Assembly (NCBI RefSeq): GCF_001447785.1
Contig: NW_015173748.1
Coordinates: 139,309 to 203,308 of the forward strand
Length of the DNA stretch: 64,000 nt
Direction of reading: 5' to 3'
Origin: Gekko japonicus
Taxonomy: Eukaryota
Shown here: piece by piece, positions 22,901 through 34,679 of the stretch
Numbering within the stretch: position 1 is the stretch's first letter
Layout of the letters: every line of letters begins with the position of its first letter
Program-made: the position numbers and the translations under genes
The notes under the pieces: model-generated
What the model was told of the DNA's origin: nothing
The model's input: only the letters and a program-made list of their open reading frames with translations
The model's database searches: none

Positions 22901-25643
22901 TATCAAAAAGAATTTGTGTGGGGGGTATAAAATATTTTTAAAACCCTTCTCCAAATATCCTATTTTGGGATTCTATAAATTCTCAGGGCCTTGAACAGCT
23001 CAGTACCCCCCATCTCCCCCTTTCCTCCTTCGATTCTCAGTTACTCTTCATATTCCATGCCTCTTGTTGTATGCTCAATCTTCATCAAACCTCCGGGGGA
23101 GGTGTCCTTTTTCTTGTGGTTAATATGCCAAGTCCTATTTTTCTGTCTACGTGAGGAAATTCCTGAGTAAGTTAAAATTCCTATTTTCTCCATGGGTGGC
23201 CCCATTGTGCGGTTTTTGTTACTTATCCAGGGGCCAACTACTTTCCTAAGATACAATGATAATAACATTGGTTATGATAAGGGAAAGGGTGCTTCCAAAT
23301 ATCACGCTGATCAGCATCCAAACAGATCACATTCAGCAATATTTCATAGATGAGGGACATCCACTTGCAAGATATTACAATTCATGATGGGAGTACTACC
23401 TCCTATGCAGATCCCTTAAGTCTGTTTGAAATGTATTCTGCCCTTCCAACCACACACTGCAAATGCATAGATTGTGTGGTGACCGGCAGTCCAGTTCAGA
23501 GTGCCAATTGCCCATAAATCCATTAGTGTGGATTGATTTTTACCTATGGGCCGCCAACTTATGCATTATGCAGACTGAGCCTGGGGTTACAGTGTTTAAC
23601 AGTGGATTGTTATTTCTCCTCATTTCCTGCATGTGCAGTGCCCAATTTGGATCAGGAATGTGACCTCTGTGGAGAAAGTGTTCCACATGATTTTCTTGAC
23701 CTGAAATGGTCAATTGGCAAAACCCACATTACCACAGGGTACATGCAGGGTTCCCCAACAGGCCAAATAGCACCCCCTGGAATATTTCAGGTTGGGAAAA
23801 CAGCACAAGGAAAGGCTAAAGACCCCTCTTCACATGTGTTGTGGTTCCAGTCAGAACAAGGCACCACACATGCAGGAACTGAGGAAACCCTACACCTCTC
23901 TCTCTCTCTTTTTTTACAGAGGTTGGGAAACTCAGACGCAAACTGTGTCCTCTATAATGAATTGGCCCATTTAATATTGTGCATACCTTTTTTACTTCTT
24001 TTCCTGGTAATACTGGCAGATGGTTTCTTGGCATCCATGACATAGTCCAACACAGCTGTTCTGATAGGAGCAACTCTTCCAATTTATTTTCTTTGTGTTG
24101 CTGCTATAGTTTGTATACGTATATTGAAAACAATTAGCAAGAAGCAAATATTAAAAACCTGTCTTGCATTCATAAAAAGATAGTAGTTAAACCACAGCTT
24201 TACAGATTGAGTTGTACATAGGGTTGCCAGCTCCAGGATGGGAAATTCCTGGAGATTTGGGGAATGGAGTCTGGAGAGGGCAGGGTTTAGGGAGGGGAGG
24301 AATTTCTGTGGAGTGTAATGCCACAGAGTCCACCTTCCAAAGCAACCACTTTCTCCAAGGGTGATCTCTATCACCTGGAGATCAGTTCCCCGATCTCCAG
24401 CTACCACCTGGAGTTTGGCAACCCTATATAATTGTATGGGCATAGCTCAAAAATCCTGAAGCAAAATAAAACAGAGTTGGACTGAGAACTCTTCAGGCAC
24501 CCTAGATCCCAATTTTTACTTGCCCCAGACCATTAGCATATGTATCACTCATATTTTATATTTTAACCTGTCTTGCTTTTCTCTTGGTTCAATTGGAAGT
24601 CTTTTAAAGAACGTGAACCTATCTATTTAACAAAGCCCGTGGAATTAACAGCCTAGTAATCACACACACAAAACCTTTATTGGCATTGAAAGCACAGCCT
24701 AGTAATCTAGTAAAACCCACAGAATGCCATAGAATAAAATACATTTTATAGCACATTTCATGGGTAGTGTGCATTGTTCTCCTCTGTTCCACATTGTCTT
24801 CACAACCTTGAGAACGGAGGCCTATGGAACCCTGAGAATGACTGGCCTATGGACTTCATGACAGAATGGGGAACTGAAGCTGGGTGGGTGGCCAGCATCC
24901 AATCCACTATACCACCTTGGGTCTAATAATGTAATTGCTGAATAAATTCAGGTGGAAAGCCATGTTGGTCTGAAGCAACAGAACAAAGTTTGAGTCCAGT
25001 GGCACCTTTAAGACCAACAAACTTTAATTCTGGGTATAAGCTTTCATGGGCATGCATACTTGTTCACATAAATAAATATTATTAATCTTTAAGGTGCCAC
25101 TAGACTTCTGTTTTATTGCACTATAATAAACACAGATATCTCTATGAAATTCTCATGATTTCAGTAATCTTTACAAGAATGGTACAAGGTTGGCCAATGT
25201 TGTTATCCCCATGATACAGAAAGAAGGCTGGATTATACTGAGATTTGAACTCTGGACCTCTCTGCCCACTCTTGGTTTCTACACTACATTATCTGTAAAC
25301 ACTGTGAACATCACATCTGTAACACTGTGAACATTATTCAACTTGAATAAAACTTTGTTGGTCTCAAAGGTGCCACTGGACTCAAACTTTGGTCTGGTGC
25401 TTCAGACCAGCAGGGTTATTCACCTGAATCTATCTTCACTGTGAACACAGTCACACATATATAAAACTGAAAAGGGAAGGAGGGTTTTCTTTGGGTCTTC
25501 TCAGTGGAACTGAAACATTCAGATGTCAGGACAAAGAGTAACAGCCAAAGACAGTGGGAAAGTCTCAAGGAGCTGCTCCTACCAGAGACGTTCTTGGCCT
25601 GTTCCTTCAGTTTTAGTTTTTTTAAGAAAGCATGGCTCTAACC

Positions 25644-26029
25644 CAGTGGTTCTCAACCTGTGGGTCGCAACCAGTGTTCCCTCTAAGCAGAGTTAGTGTG
25701 AGCTAGCTCACAATTTCTTAGCCTCCAGCTCACATGGCTCCAGAGCAAACTCATTTATGCAGCAGCCAAATGGCTCACTCACAAGTTTAATGCCAGTAGC
25801 TCACAGAGTAGAAGTTTGCTCACAAGACTCCACAGCTTAGAGGGAACATTGGTCGCGACCCCTTTGGGGGTCGAACGACCCTTTCACAGGGGTTGCCTAA
25901 GACCATCGGAAAACACAAATTTTCGATGGTCTTTATGATAGCAACGAAAATAATTTTATGGTTGAGGGTCACCACAACATGAGGAACTGTATTAAAGGGT
26001 CGCGGCATTAAGAAGGTTGAGAACCACTG
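25644..26029. mobile_element. SPIN/URR1-like hAT MITE carrying a nested MITE (25672-25851)
   Basis: CAGTGGTTCTCAACCTGTGGGTCGC...CCCCTTTGGGGGTCGAACGACCCTTTCACAGGGG...AAGGTTGAGAACCACTG matches the recalled URR1/SPIN non-autonomous consensus; TSD CTCTAACC/TTCTAACC. Confidence 0.85.
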
Positions 26030-26223
26030 TTCTAACCTTTTTATTTATGGAGATGAAAACAAAAATATGCAACAACATTCTCATCAGTTATTAACCTAAG
26101 AGGTAACTTGCTCACACTTGTCAGTGTTCTGACAAGTGCACATGTGGCAACTCAATACAGTGGGATTTATGAGTAATATTTGCTGGATTATATCCTAAAC
26201 GTTCGGTTCCCAGAAGTGCTCAC

Positions 26224-26241
26224 TGTTTGTAACGCAATCAT
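26224..26241 (-). CDS. Speculative start exon of the CEP350-like gene (MIALQT; exon 26224-26274)
   Basis: ttacag| acceptor, caccATG context, phase-0 donor ACA|GTGAGC compatible with the micro-exon. No convincing homology. Confidence 0.2.
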
Positions 26242-27445
26242 GGTGAAGTGAGTAGATATTTGTTGAAATTTTAACTGTAATACTGAGGAATAGTGTGCTT
26301 TAATCAATATTACAGACTTAGGAAGCCACATAGAAATATTAAGACATATGAGAACAATTTGTCCCCTGGGAGTCCACATTTCTCCCAAAATGTCCATCTC
26401 CTTGTTGTGTAATGCATTTAGGGGCAAGCCTGTAAAAGATCTACTCAGTAGTAAGTCCCATTTTGTTTAATCAGGCTTGCTCTCAGGAAACTGTAGGATT
26501 GTGGCCTTGAGGCATGTTTATTTCAAAGGAAATCCCACCTTCTTCAATGAAGCTTCTAGTAAACCTTAAAAGGAAATCTGAACAGCAGCAGCAAGCTACC
26601 TGCTGTTCCATTTTTCAAAAGCCTGCATGCCTACTCAAACAGAAGTAGCTTCATCTTTGTTTTTGGTCAGCATTATTATTATTAAAGGTTTTTAAAGTCC
26701 TACATGAAAAGGATCCCCTTTTAACCAAAGAACGGCATCGTAAAAAAGGTTTCCTTTTAAGGGTTCGTAACCCTCTACACCTAAAGGAACATACATTAAT
26801 AATAAGCCATTTCAAATCATTATTTTAAATATATCTATCTTAGACTCTCTAACTCCAAGGAAATACTTTTAATAATAAATAGGTATTTTTTATCGTACAA
26901 CGAAGTAAATATTTACTATTGCTACTACTCATAATACAGTTAATTTGATTTTATCCTACATCTCAGTGAATATTCATTATAACTAAGATATTGGGTTGGT
27001 TTCCCCCCCCTCATCCTACCTCTGGCTGAGTGAATATTTAACAATGTTTCTAGGGGAGGGTTACCTTCCATCTGAGTAAGCAATTCACTGTTCGTAACAG
27101 CAATTAAATATTTCTTATTCTACCTCTGAGTGAATAATATAAGTACAGCAGCATTTTTTGCGTTTTTTATTCTACGCGTGCTTGAAGACTTCTTATTAAT
27201 AATAACGGGATCTACTGGCTGTTTCATCTGCTGTACACGGTACTTACTTGGCAATTAAAAAAACACACACACCGAACCCGAGTCCCCCCCACCCCCCTCT
27301 TCAGGGACGCCGCACAGCGGGGGTGGGGAGCCAGCTCGCTACAGGGGCGGGGCCAGGGTGGGCGGAGGAGCAACGGCCGCCCTGGGAGGACCGGAGGTGG
27401 GCGAGAGGAGCCGCTCTGTCCCCTGCCCGGAGCTTTGTGGTTAAA

Positions 27446-27475
27446 ATGGCGGGGACTGAGGGGGCGAGCCCGTGA
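27446..27475 (+). other. Possible uORF (MAGTEGASP*) upstream of the ABL2 1b start
   Basis: aaaATGg strong Kozak context, TGA at 27473-27475; overlaps the YY1-like motif; a uORF only if the TSS lies upstream. Confidence 0.4.
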
Positions 27476-27661
27476 GGGCCTGGCTGGAGCGCGGCGGCGG
27501 CGGCGGAGTAGGCGGTGGCAAAAGGAGGCAGGGCAGCCCTGTGGGGAGCCGGGCTTTGCCGGGCGCGGTGCGACAAGCGGCGTACGCGGCGGCATGTGAG
27601 CGAGAAGCGAAGCAGGAGGCCGGGGGCGCTGGCGGGGGCCCGGGACGGGAGGAGACCGGGG

Positions 27662-27875
27662 ATGGGCCAGCAGGTGGGCCGTGTCGGAGAGCCGGGCGCC
27701 GCCGCGCCCCAGCAGCCGCCTCAGCAGCCGCAGCAGCCGCAGCCTCCTCCTTCTTCTTCCCAGCCGAGGGGGCTTCGTGGGAGCAGCAGCAGCGCAGCCA
27801 GGCCCGCCAGCCGGAGGCGAGAGGTGGCAACCCCCCGGGGCGCCGAGAGCGGCTTCAATATCTTCACCCAGCACG
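27662..27875 (+). CDS. ABL2: ABL2 (ARG) tyrosine kinase, first coding exon of the myristoylated 1b isoform
   Basis: Translates MGQQVGRVGEPGAAAPQQPPQQPQQPQPPPSSSQPRGLRGSSSSAARPASRRREVATPRGAESGFNIFTQH, matching recalled human ABL2 1b (MGQQVGRVGEAPGLQQPQPRGIRGSSAARPSGRRR...GFNIFTQH). Ends phase 1 at CACG|GTAAG; lies in a CpG island; has the MG myristoylation start. Confidence 0.97.
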
Positions 27876-30800
27876 GTAAGCGGGGAGGTGGGCGGTGGGG
27901 GAAGGCTGGCTGGCTGGGGCCAGGGTGGCGGGGTAAGGGAGGGAGGGAAGGAAGGAAGGAAGGAGGACTGCTTAGAGTGAGCCGCCGCCGGTATGGGAAG
28001 CAAATGGGTGTGGCACCAAAGCGGAGGCTGTAATGGAAATGGGGAGGCTTCCTCCTCCTCCTCCTCTGAAGTGGCACCGTTGGAAAAGGTGGAGGTGGGG
28101 CAGTCGCCACCCCAGGCTTGGGAGCCGAGGAATGGCCATGCTGGGCTGTAGACAGGCCCACCTGGGTCCGCATCCTGTTTTTCAACAGTAATTCGGGTGT
28201 GAAAGGAGATAAGTCTTTACTGTGTGTCTTAAATCTCGGCTTTTCTCCAAGGAGCTTGGTGTGATATATATGGCGATCTCCAATTCTTTATCCTCCAACC
28301 GCCCTGTGAGGTGGGTTAAAGAATGGCTGGCTGAGGCTACACTAAGTTTCATGGCAGAGTGAGGATTTGCTCTGTCTGGTCTTCATTCAGCTCTCTTAAT
28401 CGTGACACTGTATACAGACTCACCTTCCTGGAACAGGCCAGAGGGCTATATCTACCAATTTAGTGGTTTTTTGCTCCCCGCTGTTCCACTAAATAGCTCA
28501 CAGAGGCATGTATAGTTCTCCTTCTGCATCTTATTCTCCCAATCACTCTGCAAGGCAAGCCAGGTGGCGAGAACATTTGGCCTGAGGTCACCCTGTGAGC
28601 TTCCATGGCCTGAGTGGATACTTGAACCTGGTCCAGTCTGATAGTCTTAACTGCTATGCCACATGGACTCTCCCACCTAATCCAGCATTGCCTCTGGGAG
28701 AGTACACAAGGAAGGCATGAAGATTACAGATCGCCTCTTCAACAATCCTAAGCATTGGGCACTCACAGGTATACTGTTCCTCTGCTTGGAGTTACAGTTT
28801 AACTGTTGTGGCTGATAACTGTCAAACTTAAGGTTAAGTCATCTCGAACCAGCTGCTCTCATTGCATTACATCAGATTAATATCTGCTTAAGTGATTGCA
28901 ATGTGTCTCTGGCGACAAATGAGCTCTTCCTCCTGGAAATGTCAGAGGCTTCTTGGGCTGTTTAGGGTTTTGGTTTTTTTTTTACTTGGAACATATGTAT
29001 ATGGATGCTGATCTAGAATTCTGACCACGTGTTATTTCTTTGGAAACACCTTTTATCTGTGGCTGACTTGCTGTTTCTTACACACCAGGTGACCGTTTTT
29101 ATAAGCAACTGTGAATGGGCCTGTGTGCTAGAATGTCAGATTGCAACAAATGTTCTTAAAATGTATGGTTTTCTTTACATTCTTTGCCATCTTCCTTTAC
29201 ATTCTTTAAATTTCTTTCCTCCAAGGAGGATAGGAAACAGGAGATAACCATGTATATTGCACTAAGCTCCTTGGAGGAAAGAAATGTAAAGAATGTAAAG
29301 GAAACCACACATTTCAAGAATGTTTGTTGCAGTTTGACATTCTAGTACAAATTGTAACAAATGTTCTTAAAATGTATGGTTTTCTTTACATTGTAGATAT
29401 CTCTGAGTGTAGACTCTGACTCTTGTGCTGTGTATTTCCTCTCCTACCCATGTATGTGCATGCATATATCCCTACTGCAGTATGAAGTGGTGTCCCTGCT
29501 CATCTTCCCCTTGTGCTTTCCTGGCTCTGTCCCTGGTCTGTTGATGTGTCTTGTCTCTTGTCCTGGGGAGGAGCCATGGCCCAGTGGTAGAGCCTTGGCA
29601 CACAGAATATCCCTGACTCAATCCCTGGCATCACCCATTAAAACAATCAGGTAGTAAATGCTGTGGAAGACATCACCCTGAAACCTTGGAGATCCACTGC
29701 CAGTCTGACTAGACAATACTGATTTTAATAGACCAATTGTCTGATTCATGTGATTCCTGAATGCTGCTTTATTGGCATGGTAAAGGTATGCCCTTGTTGC
29801 TCTGCATAAGTCCCCATTGTCATAGCATGTCAGGCAGTGTAGTTTTTGCCGGGCTTCCTGCGTGATGCCCATTTTAGAACACTTTAGAGTGCTCTTGGGG
29901 CTGTTGTTCATCATTATCCCTTTTGGCATTCTTAAGAAGCGTCGCGATGCCAGCTTTGTTCTTCTTAAATTAATGATCTATTGACTTTTACTGGCAGGAC
30001 TGAGGGCAGAAGTAAATGCTGTGTGTATGAGAGACAGTGGCATCTCTTGAGTGAGTGTCAGCTTCTCTAGCTGGGAGACTTTGGGTAGGTGTGTAAGAAA
30101 TGCAGTGCTATTTGGAAAAATTCAGAAAGCTTTATCAGTCTCTTCTGTCAGTATTGGTTTTTTATGGTCTCCTGATAGGTCTCTTTGCAGCAAAGTCGCC
30201 TCCCAGAATTGGACACAGTTTCTCCTTCATCACTGTTGGAAGGCAGACCACTTTCATTTAAAGTTTTCATAGAAAGCCAAACCAGGCACCCATCAGGTGG
30301 GGAACTGTAGACTGGTAGGAAATATATGATGAAGGTGAGCTGTGTAGTTATCCCTAGGGTGATAACTACTACTGTAGGCAGGTATGGCAAACATTACAGT
30401 AGCAGTTTGAAAACCTCCTTTCAAGGAACCCATTTCATTTTGTTGTAGGGGCTGTCCTACATTTTTACAGAGTGCTAGCCAAACCCCATTAGCTCTGCTG
30501 CTCTTGCATGAAATGAGAATATACCCTGAAACACACTAAACTTGTGATTGTGGCTGTTCATTAGAGGGGAAGGTGAATAATGATGGGAAAAGGCTTAGGG
30601 ATGCTTGCTCACTATGACCGATCCTTCTCGTTGAGGAAACCTTATATAAAATTTTGAGCATCTCCAGAATTCCCTAGAACATAATTTTGAATATCACTGG
30701 GTGAGAGGGATGTAGCAGACCCTAGATTTGAAATAGTGTATATTGTATGTGCACAGGTTATCAAGGACTTTATCGGTACTCTTATCCTGGGAATTTGCTA

Positions 30801-32878
30801 CCTTTTGCTGCTGTGTATGTAAAAAGCATGTCTTCTCAAAATGTCTTTCATTACTGGGACTAAGGCCTAAATATTTACCTAAAGTTCAAGCATCCTGAAG
30901 GCTGTGGGAAGGTAAAAGCTTAAACACTTAATTGCACAGTTCTGACAATTTGATCACATCATCGCTTGTTTAATTTGTTCTCCTAAACCTGGCTTAAAGA
31001 GGTCTTATTGGGCAAATTCCCTTCTTGGGCAGAAGGCAGCAGTAATCACCAAGTTTATTTCTTTGCATCTTGCTGTCTGGGCTTGGTGTAAAGATGTCAT
31101 CATTAAGAGGGTTGTGTTAATCTGGTTTTGTCGGTTGTGAATAATTCTTCTTTAATGGAATATACACTTAATTGTGTTTGCCCTTAGCCTATAATGTAAT
31201 TTGGCCAGATAAGACTTCCCTCACACTGCCCTTATATGTACTTCATTTTAACATGTCACACAGAGATAGCTAGTGTTGCTGCAACATATAGGTCCAGATA
31301 CCTTCCTCGAGACGTCAACCAAGGTTGGGGGTGTGCTTTATGTTTAGTAAAAGACAGCCTAAGCTTGCAAAGTTATTGAAGGCTGGAGAAGTTCTAAGAC
31401 AGTCTGTCAGGGGTGGAGGTTTTTACACGATCTCAAGATAGCAACTGCTTTTTTCTCTTCGTCTTTGAATTTAATTCATTCTGGGTTGTTAACATAGTGA
31501 AGTGGAAGCCAGTTAAATATAAGGATCAGAGTGCCAGAATAATCAGGATTCCTCCCCTTTTGTCCCCCCTAGGTGTCTGAGGTCCCCCTGATGTGTGACA
31601 TTTTTAAGTGTACACCTAGAAACATGAAGAATGAATATGGAAAGCAAAGTGGGGATCTGTAGTGGGATGGAATCAGCAGAAATCCTGAAGTCCTCCAACT
31701 GAAGGCCACTTCCATTAGCATCAAATATTCTTAGAATACAAGCTAGTATGTTTACATCTGCAGAAATAAGTTAGAACATCACCTCAGGGAAATTCTGACT
31801 GCTGGAATTGGCTCTTCAGCCTGGTTTGTCTTGGCTAAGGCTAATGCCCTAGAGGCTAGAACTTTCTTCATTCGGAAGGGAACGTATATTAAATAATACT
31901 GCCCATGCAGTGCTCTCGCATTTAAACATTTTTAATTGTGCCAGGCAGGAATCCAAGCTTTGAATTCATTTAGAGAACCAGAAAATCACACAACCTGGCA
32001 AGAGAATATCTCTCTCACACTCTCTCTCTCTCACACACACACACATACACTTGCTTTCTTGAACCCCTTCTTTTTGCTGCTCCTCTCTTACTGGTGTTTG
32101 CACGGCTTCTTTGACGTCAAGTATCTTGTTCTCCTCCTCCCAAGAAGGCTCTTATTTTAGATTGCAGTACACATAATTCATACACCCACCTTTTCTTTTT
32201 AAAACAGAACCTTCTGAAGAGCATTTCTGTCTTTTCTACTTGGTGCAAACAATTGAAGGCAGGACCTTTTTTTCATTTCCTAGGCAACCCAGTGATGAGC
32301 ATAGAACAACTAGAAGGCCCTTTGCACCAGTGATAAACTTGTTTAATGGTTCGTCCCTCTCCCAGGTCACTGGAGAAAGGGTGAAGGTTAGACATCAGGG
32401 CCAGGGCTGTGGACGGCTGCATCTGAAATTAGAGGTGGGGAATGGGAAAGTTTTTAACTCAGGCTTTCTAAAATTAATGATGTGAGCTGGAGAAGGTGCA
32501 GCCTACGGGGTACAGCTCTATTGACCATGCAAAGGAGGAAGCCAGGTTCCTAATTTTATAGTAGGCCTTGTCAGAAGCCTTTTCCTGCCTTCAGTTGTTC
32601 ATATCCTTTTAAAAAAAGAAAAGACAGTTTAACGTTCATATCGCACACTTCTATTCCCTTCTGCACCTGAAGAGGGCTTTGAGGCCTGAGTGTACACAGT
32701 TCACTAGGTTAGATTTCCTTTCTTAGGCAGGGTTGGTTAGTTATAATTAACAGATCCCAGCCTCTGATCCCGAGGTTCCCACTTCAAGCACTAATGACTC
32801 TGGGTGTGTTTAGAGCTAAGTCTCTGCCCTCCAAAGGAATTTTCACTGACATGATGGTCTGCTACTTACACTACAATT

Positions 32879-33091
32879 TTTGTTGTTGTCATCAAGTCAC
32901 AGCTGACTTACAGCGACCCTGTAGGGTTTTCAAGGCAAGAGACAGTCAGAGGTGGTTTGCCATTGCCTGCCTCTGTGTAGCAACCCTGGTATTCCTTGGT
33001 GGTCTCCCTTCCAAATACTATTCAGGACCAACCCTGCTTAGCTTTCAAGATCTGACTCGACTGGGCAAGCCTGAGCTATCTAGGTCAGGGC
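32879..33091 (-). mobile_element. 5S rRNA-derived SINE with RTE-like tail
   Basis: Head AGATCTTGAAAGCTAAGCAGGGTTGGTCCTGAATAGTATTTGGAAGGGAGACC aligns to 5S rRNA; tail GGCAAACCAC...GAAAACCCTA...AAGTCAGCTGTGACTTGATG(ACA)n. Other copies at ~14670-14820 (-), ~15145-15460 (+) and ~39160-39305 (+). Confidence 0.8.
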
Positions 33092-34679
33092 TGTTCATTA
33101 TATCTGCTGATCCTCTTCTGTCATGGAACTCAAAGCAGCAGACTTGGAGCTCCCATCTAGGTGCTTAATAGGCCTCCTTCATTTCAGTAAAATTGGTGTA
33201 TCATGTTGGTAAGCCTTCATGGTATTGATAAGCTCCTATTTGGGTGAAAACGCATAACACACTAGAACACTGATAATGTTGGCACAATAGGAGGATTTCT
33301 CACACTTGAGTCCTCTTTAAATAACAAGTGAGGGGGGATGAATTGCTGGACAACCTGTCTTGCTTGCTTTTCTTGAAATGTTGGTGTCTAGGGTATTGTA
33401 TATTTCATAGGCAACTGAGTTCATGCAAGTAGTTGAATGTATTATGTACAAAACAGTATTGTGTTAGTAGCATTTACTAGTGCTGGCTGGTACATCTAAG
33501 CAACAAAGTAATATTTCTGCTACTGTTTTCCCCATATGTATAATAAAGATTCTTGCTGTGAGTGTTGTAGACTGAACACTTATAAACCACTTTGAAGATG
33601 AAATGTGTGGTAATTGGTATAAATTAGTAGTTAGTACATAACCAAGATAATGAGTCTCTAATGTGGCTGTTTCTACAGAAGCTGCTTTTGGTAATGGGCC
33701 TGTTGGGGACTAGTACATTTGCAAGCTTTTGGTAGAGGATGCACAGTTCTATGCCTCATTCAGAAAGGGGAATTTTGCGGAGCTTGTTTATATGTGAAGA
33801 ACGGACCAAGTAAGCTTGTTTCTCAAGGCCTCCAAAATGGAGATTGTGGTAGAATCAACTACTGTAACTACCTGTTTTACATTAAAACAAGTAGAGGCAG
33901 TGTAAAAGACATAGAAGCATACTGGATCAGTGCGGCCAGTGCATATTCTAACAAGACTCAATGTATGGTATGATTTCTGTGCGGTGTGTGTGCTTTCAGA
34001 ATGGGGTGGATGATGTGGTGCTAATTATATTGGCAAAAGGCTATGGTGGCCCTTTTTAATCTATAGCACTGCAATATATTTTGGTAGTAAGACCCAGTGA
34101 TAAATGTAGCAGGGTAAAAACCCTTGAGAAATTGCTTTTTTGAGTTGATGCTAGTTAACATGTGGGCTTATTTCTTAAGGAAGATAAAACAAGTTTAAAT
34201 TCAGTTTTCATGTTTGAGCTCTGCAATCTGAACTTATACATGTGGACTTGAAAGTAAGTGTACATAGACTAGGGCTCTGGTTGTATTTTAACAGGGCTTT
34301 AGAAATGATGAGAGGTAAAGTTAGCCCTTTCTTTCCTTTAAAATGTTGAAATCCAAAAAGTTCTCCAGTTTCTGTTTTGCTGGAAAAGGTCATGTGTAAA
34401 AAGGGAGACTAAAGAACTGCAAAACAAGCTATTGATACATCATATATCAGAGCCTGGAGCTTGCAATGCTGCAGGAGCTGGTGTAGCTGTGGTGATTAGG
34501 AGGCAGAGTTATGATTCAGGGAGTTCTTAGTTAAGTTATGAGCTTGCCAGGTGACTTTAGGCAAAGTGTTCTCTCCTGACCTCAGATCCACCACCAAGTC
34601 TGTAAACTGAAGATGATACTTCTGACCTGCCTTACAATATAGTTATAAAGACTACAGCAAGTTGAGAGACAGATATACA

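Larger units (their letters stand above)
27280..28030. promoter_or_regulatory. CpG island / ABL2 promoter, probably bidirectional
   Basis: Very GC- and CpG-rich against an AT-rich, CpG-depleted background. GC boxes GGGGCGGGGC (~27344) and GGGCGG (~27360), YY1-like AAAATGGCGG (27443-27452), GGC runs in the 5' UTR. Confidence 0.9.

Noticed and set aside
22880-23700. Host gene in the 170-aa ORF at 23533
   Set aside because: No splice structure or recognisable homology; it runs into a repeat and looks like decayed LINE 3' sequence.
27224-28185. Many long overlapping ORFs on both strands, up to 259 aa
   Set aside because: By-product of stop-poor GC-rich CpG-island sequence; only the ABL2 frame has homology and a splice donor.
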